A stretch of 39,320 nt of DNA, taken from contig JBAYZV010000001.1 in assembly GCA_041672325.1 (NCBI GenBank), positions 1 to 39,320 of the forward strand. The letters run 5' to 3'. The notes below the pieces were generated by a model. The model worked only from the letters and a program-made list of their open reading frames with translations. It ran no database searches and had not been told where the DNA came from. Positions 35,802 through 39,320 of this stretch are shown here, one piece after another. The stretch is from Candidatus Izemoplasmatales bacterium (lineage in GTDB: Bacteria > Bacillota_I > Bacilli_A > Izemoplasmatales > Hujiaoplasmataceae). The stretch's first letter is position 1. Each line of letters opens with the position of its first letter. The translations under genes were made by a program, and so were the position numbers.

Positions 35802-38800
35802 ATGAGTCAAAAATTTTCGCATTTGAAGATTAGATTGGCTTCCCCTGAAGAAATAAGAAGTTGGTCTTTTGGAGAAGTTACAAAACATGAAACAATCAAC
35901 TACCGTACATTGAAACCAGAAAAAGATGGTTTATTCTGTGAAAGAATCTTTGGACCAACCAAAGATTATCAATGTGCTTGTTCAAACAAATCAAAAAAGA
36001 GTTCACACCCAGGTAAGATTTGTCCTAATTGTGGTGTAGAAATTACAGAAGCAAAAGTAAGAAGAGAAAGAATGGGGCATATTGAGTTAAAAGCTCCAGT
36101 AGTTCATGCTTGGTATTTAAGAAATTCTCCTTCTCGTCTTGCAATATTGCTAGATATTAAAGCTAAAGATTTAGAAGAAGTAGTTTACTTAGCTTCATAT
36201 ATTGTAGTTGAAGCTGGTGACACAGATTTAGAATTTAAACAAATTTTATCAGAAAGAGAATATACTGATAAATATTTCGAGTTTGGTTCTCGTTTTAAAG
36301 CTTTAACAGGTGCAGAAGCCGTTAAATACTTATTACAAAAGTTAGACTTAAAAGAAGAGACTTTAAGACTAAGAGTTGAACTTAAAACTGCATCAAAACA
36401 AAGAAGAGAAAAAATAGTTAAAAGATTAAGTGTTGTTGAAGCTTTCCACAACTCTGATAATAAACCAGAGTGGATGGTTTTAGAAGTTTTACCAGTTATT
36501 CCACCAGATTTAAGACCTATGGTACAACTAGATGGTGGACGGTTCGCGACAACAGATCTTAATGATTTATACAGAAGAATTTTGAACCGTAACAAACGTT
36601 TAGAGCGTCAGTATCAACAAAATGCTCCACACTTAATAACAAAAAATGAAAAACGTATGTTACAAGAAGCGGTAGATGCACTTATTGATAACTCAAAACG
36701 TGGAAGAAAAATGGTTGTTGAACGTAATAGAGCGTTGAAATCACTATCCGATATGTTAAGAGGTAAACAAGGTCGTTTCCGTCAAAACTTACTTGGAAAA
36801 CGTGTTGACTATTCTGGTCGTAGCGTTATCGTGGTTGGCCCTGACTTGGAAATGTATCAATGTGGTTTACCAAAAGAAATGGCTGTTACTTTATTTAAAC
36901 CTTTCGTTATCAAAGAAATGATTGAAAGAGGAATCAGCTCAAATCTTAAAAATGCAAAAACTTTAATAGAAAGATTAGACAAAAGAGTATGGGCTGTACT
37001 AGAAGATGTTATTAGAGAACATCCAGTATTACTAAATCGTGCGCCTACACTTCATAGACTTGGTATTCAAGCATTCGAACCAAAATTAGTAGAAGGAAAA
37101 GCTATTCGTTTGCATCCATTAGTTACTACAGCATTTAATGCGGACTTTGATGGGGACCAAATGGCAGTTCATGTTCCTTTATCAGAAGAAGCACAAGCTG
37201 AGGCTCGTGTATTAATGTTAGCTTCTAATAATATCCTTGCGCCAAAAGATGGAAAACCAATCGTTACTCCATCTCAAGACATGGTTTTAGGTAACTACTA
37301 TTTAACTTTAGAAAAAGCTGGAGAAATTGGCGAAGGGTCATATTTCAGTAATTACGATGAAGTAATGTTAGCGCTAGAAAATGATTATCTTACACTACAC
37401 ACACGTATAGCAATGAAGATTGATAGTCATATAACACCTTCAGTAGATTTTGTTGAGGATGAAGTTGAAGTTGATGATATCAGCTTCATGCAATCTAATA
37501 ACATTCTATCTTTCATGAAACGTGTTCCGAAAAGTTTAACGTCATATTATTTGGTAACAACACCTGGCAAATTAATCTTTAATAAAATTATGCCAGATAG
37601 TTTCCCTTATATTAACGAACCAACTGAAACTAACCTTACTATTGAAACTCCATCTAAATATTTTATAAAACCAGGTGAAGATATTCATAGTATTATTAGC
37701 GAAATGCCTTTAGTTTCACCGTTTAAAAAGAAATTCTTAAGTTTAATCATTGCTAAAATCTTTGATAAATATAAAATAAATGAAACTTCAAAAATGCTTG
37801 ATAAGATGAAAAACATTGGATTCAAATATTCAACATTAGCCGGAATTACAGTTGCAGCTTCTGATGTTCAAGTTTACTCTAAGAAAGCAGATGTTTTATC
37901 TGCCCATGACAAACAAGTGGATGAAATACATAATTTATTCCAAATGGGTATGTTAACTGATGACGAAAGAAAAAAACTTGTTATTGATGAATGGAAGTTA
38001 GCTAAAGACGAAATCCAAGATGGACTTATCAATGAACTTAAAAACGATAACCATATCTTTATGATGAGTGATTCAGGAGCCAGAGGTAACGCTTCTAACT
38101 TTACACAGTTAGCTGGTATGCGTGGTCTTATGGCCAACCCAAGTGGAGATACTATTGAATTACCGATTAAGGCATCTTTCCGTGAAGGCTTAACAATGTC
38201 CGAGTTCTTTATTTCAACCCATGGTGCGAGAAAAGGTTCTACGGATACTGCTTTAAAAACAGCTGAATCAGGATACTTAACAAGAAGATTAGTTGATGTT
38301 AGTCAAGATGTTGTTATTTCAGTTGAAGACTGCGGAACTGACAATGGCGTTTGGGTTGAAGAAATCTTAAACCGCGATGGTAAAGTTATTGAAAGTTTTG
38401 AAGAAAGAATAACAGGTCGTTATGCATCTCAAAATATAATTCATCCAACAACTGGTGAAGTCTTAGTTAAACGTAATGAATATATTGATTCTTTTAAAGC
38501 GAAAAAAGTCGCAGATGCTGGAATTTCTTCTGCTTCAATTAGAACAGCATTAACTTGTACAGCCGAAGTCGGAATTTGCCGTAAATGCTACGGACAAAAT
38601 CTAGCTACCGGTGAGAAAGCTGAAGTAGGTGAATCAGTAGGTATCATTGCTGCCCAATCAATTGGAGAACCTGGTACTCAATTAACAATGAGAACTTTCC
38701 ATACTGGTGGGGTAGCCGGAGATGATATTACACAAGGTTTACCTCGTGTTCAAGAATTATTTGAAGCGAGAAAATCAAAACTTAAATCAATTATTTCAGA

Positions 38801-39320
38801 AATTAGTGGAACTGTATCAAGAATCGAGCCAATTGAAGAACGTTATATAATTTACATAAAAAATGATATCGAAGAAAAACATTATGAAACTAATTCAAAT
38901 GTTCAACCTCGAGTTGCAGAAGGCGAATACATAACAGCTGGAACACAATTAACTGACGGAACTATTAATCCAAAAGAACTTTTACGTGTTACTAATATTG
39001 AATCTGTACAAAAATATATTATTTCAGAAATTCAAAGAGTATATCGTTCTCAAGGTGTTGATATTTCAGATAAACATATTGAAATTATTGTAAGACAAAT
39101 GTCTAAACGATTAATTGTAATCTTAGAAGGCGACACTGATTTATTGCCTGGAAGTCAAGTTTCAATAAATCAATTCATTGAAGCGAACAGAATGGCGTTT
39201 AAAGAAAATAAAAAACCTGCTGTAGCAAGACCTATTTTACTTGGTATTACTAAGGCGAGTTTGAAATCCGATTCATTCTTGTCAGCTGCTTCATTCCAAG
39301 AAACAACAAGAGTACTTACT
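35802..39320 (+). CDS. rpoC: DNA-directed RNA polymerase beta-prime subunit, 3'-truncated by the window edge
   Basis: Not in the ORF track because there is no stop in the window. ATG 35802 follows RBS aaggagg. Translation gives [52 protein letters not shown], Zn-finger CACS...CPNCG and the catalytic [12 protein letters not shown] near 37140. The frame stays open to 39320. Confidence 0.98.
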   Translation, partial: MSQKFSHLKIRLASPEEIRSWSFGEVTKHETINYRTLKPEKDGLFCERIFGPTKDYQCACSNKSKKSSHPGKICPNCGVEITEAKVRRERMGHIELKAPVVHAWYLRNSPSRLAILLDIKAKDLEEVVYLASYIVVEAGDTDLEFKQILSEREYTDKYFEFGSRFKALTGAEAVKYLLQKLDLKEETLRLRVELKTASKQRREKIVKRLSVVEAFHNSDNKPEWMVLEVLPVIPPDLRPMVQLDGGRFATTDLNDLYRRILNRNKRLERQYQQNAPHLITKNEKRMLQEAVDALIDNSKRGRKMVVERNRALKSLSDMLRGKQGRFRQNLLGKRVDYSGRSVIVVGPDLEMYQCGLPKEMAVTLFKPFVIKEMIERGISSNLKNAKTLIERLDKRVWAVLEDVIREHPVLLNRAPTLHRLGIQAFEPKLVEGKAIRLHPLVTTAFNADFDGDQMAVHVPLSEEAQAEARVLMLASNNILAPKDGKPIVTPSQDMVLGNYYLTLEKAGEIGEGSYFSNYDEVMLALENDYLTLHTRIAMKIDSHITPSVDFVEDEVEVDDISFMQSNNILSFMKRVPKSLTSYYLVTTPGKLIFNKIMPDSFPYINEPTETNLTIETPSKYFIKPGEDIHSIISEMPLVSPFKKKFLSLIIAKIFDKYKINETSKMLDKMKNIGFKYSTLAGITVAASDVQVYSKKADVLSAHDKQVDEIHNLFQMGMLTDDERKKLVIDEWKLAKDEIQDGLINELKNDNHIFMMSDSGARGNASNFTQLAGMRGLMANPSGDTIELPIKASFREGLTMSEFFISTHGARKGSTDTALKTAESGYLTRRLVDVSQDVVISVEDCGTDNGVWVEEILNRDGKVIESFEERITGRYASQNIIHPTTGEVLVKRNEYIDSFKAKKVADAGISSASIRTALTCTAEVGICRKCYGQNLATGEKAEVGESVGIIAAQSIGEPGTQLTMRTFHTGGVAGDDITQGLPRVQELFEARKSKLKSIISEISGTVSRIEPIEERYIIYIKNDIEEKHYETNSNVQPRVAEGEYITAGTQLTDGTINPKELLRVTNIESVQKYIISEIQRVYRSQGVDISDKHIEIIVRQMSKRLIVILEGDTDLLPGSQVSINQFIEANRMAFKENKKPAVARPILLGITKASLKSDSFLSAASFQETTRVLT

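Noticed and set aside
36185-36595. 136-aa ORF antisense to rpoC
   Set aside because: It is embedded in the conserved rpoC frame. There is no start context and the translation has no recognisable motifs. It is an antisense open frame arising by chance from the codon bias of the sense gene.
1-39320. Scan for tRNA or rRNA genes, CRISPR arrays, IS elements, integrases, toxin-antitoxin pairs or known defence-system genes
   Set aside because: No GC-rich cloverleaf-sized segments, no regularly spaced repeats, and no transposase- or recombinase-like ORFs. All intergenic regions are 207 nt or shorter and are explained by promoters, leaders and terminators.

Overview
AT-rich (about 30% GC by eye) bacterial chromosome segment that uses the standard genetic code: TGA acts as a stop (e.g. 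674-676) and all Trp codons are TGG. Gene order is strongly Bacillus-like, which fits an Acholeplasma-like or Erysipelotrichia-like low-GC Firmicute/Mollicute rather than a code-4 mycoplasma. Almost all of the window is housekeeping, in four blocks. (1) 1-11830: ecfA2-ecfT-truA, a divergent metal ABC pair, then tmk(frameshifted)-holB-yaaT-yabB-rsmI-DJ1-metG and rplM-rpsI. (2) 11977-16091: a 4x DUF1508 (YegP) protein, cls-rmuC and cspA. (3) 16165-17836: a minus-strand ABC-2 exporter pair. (4) 18044 to the window end: cysS-mrnC-rlmB-sigH-like-rpmG-secE-nusG ... rplK-rplA-rplJ-rplL-ybxB-rpoB-rpoC (3'-truncated). The one clearly accessory element is a 6.6-kb insertion exactly at the normally invariant nusG/rplK junction (22.4-29.0 kb). 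It encodes a cytosolic TPR/coiled-coil/GGDEF diguanylate cyclase and two tandem paralogous NBD-fused MacB/FtsX-type ABC proteins with large extracytoplasmic domains. This is my best candidate for an undescribed module, but the functional link between the three genes is inference only. Other points worth a second look are a frameshifted essential tmk, a Gln at the RpoB position equivalent to E. coli D516, a shared UGGGAGGA hairpin ahead of both rplK and rplA, an L10-leader-like attenuator, an N-terminally extended TruA and a long 3-TM SecE. I found no tRNA, rRNA, CRISPR array, transposase or integrase.
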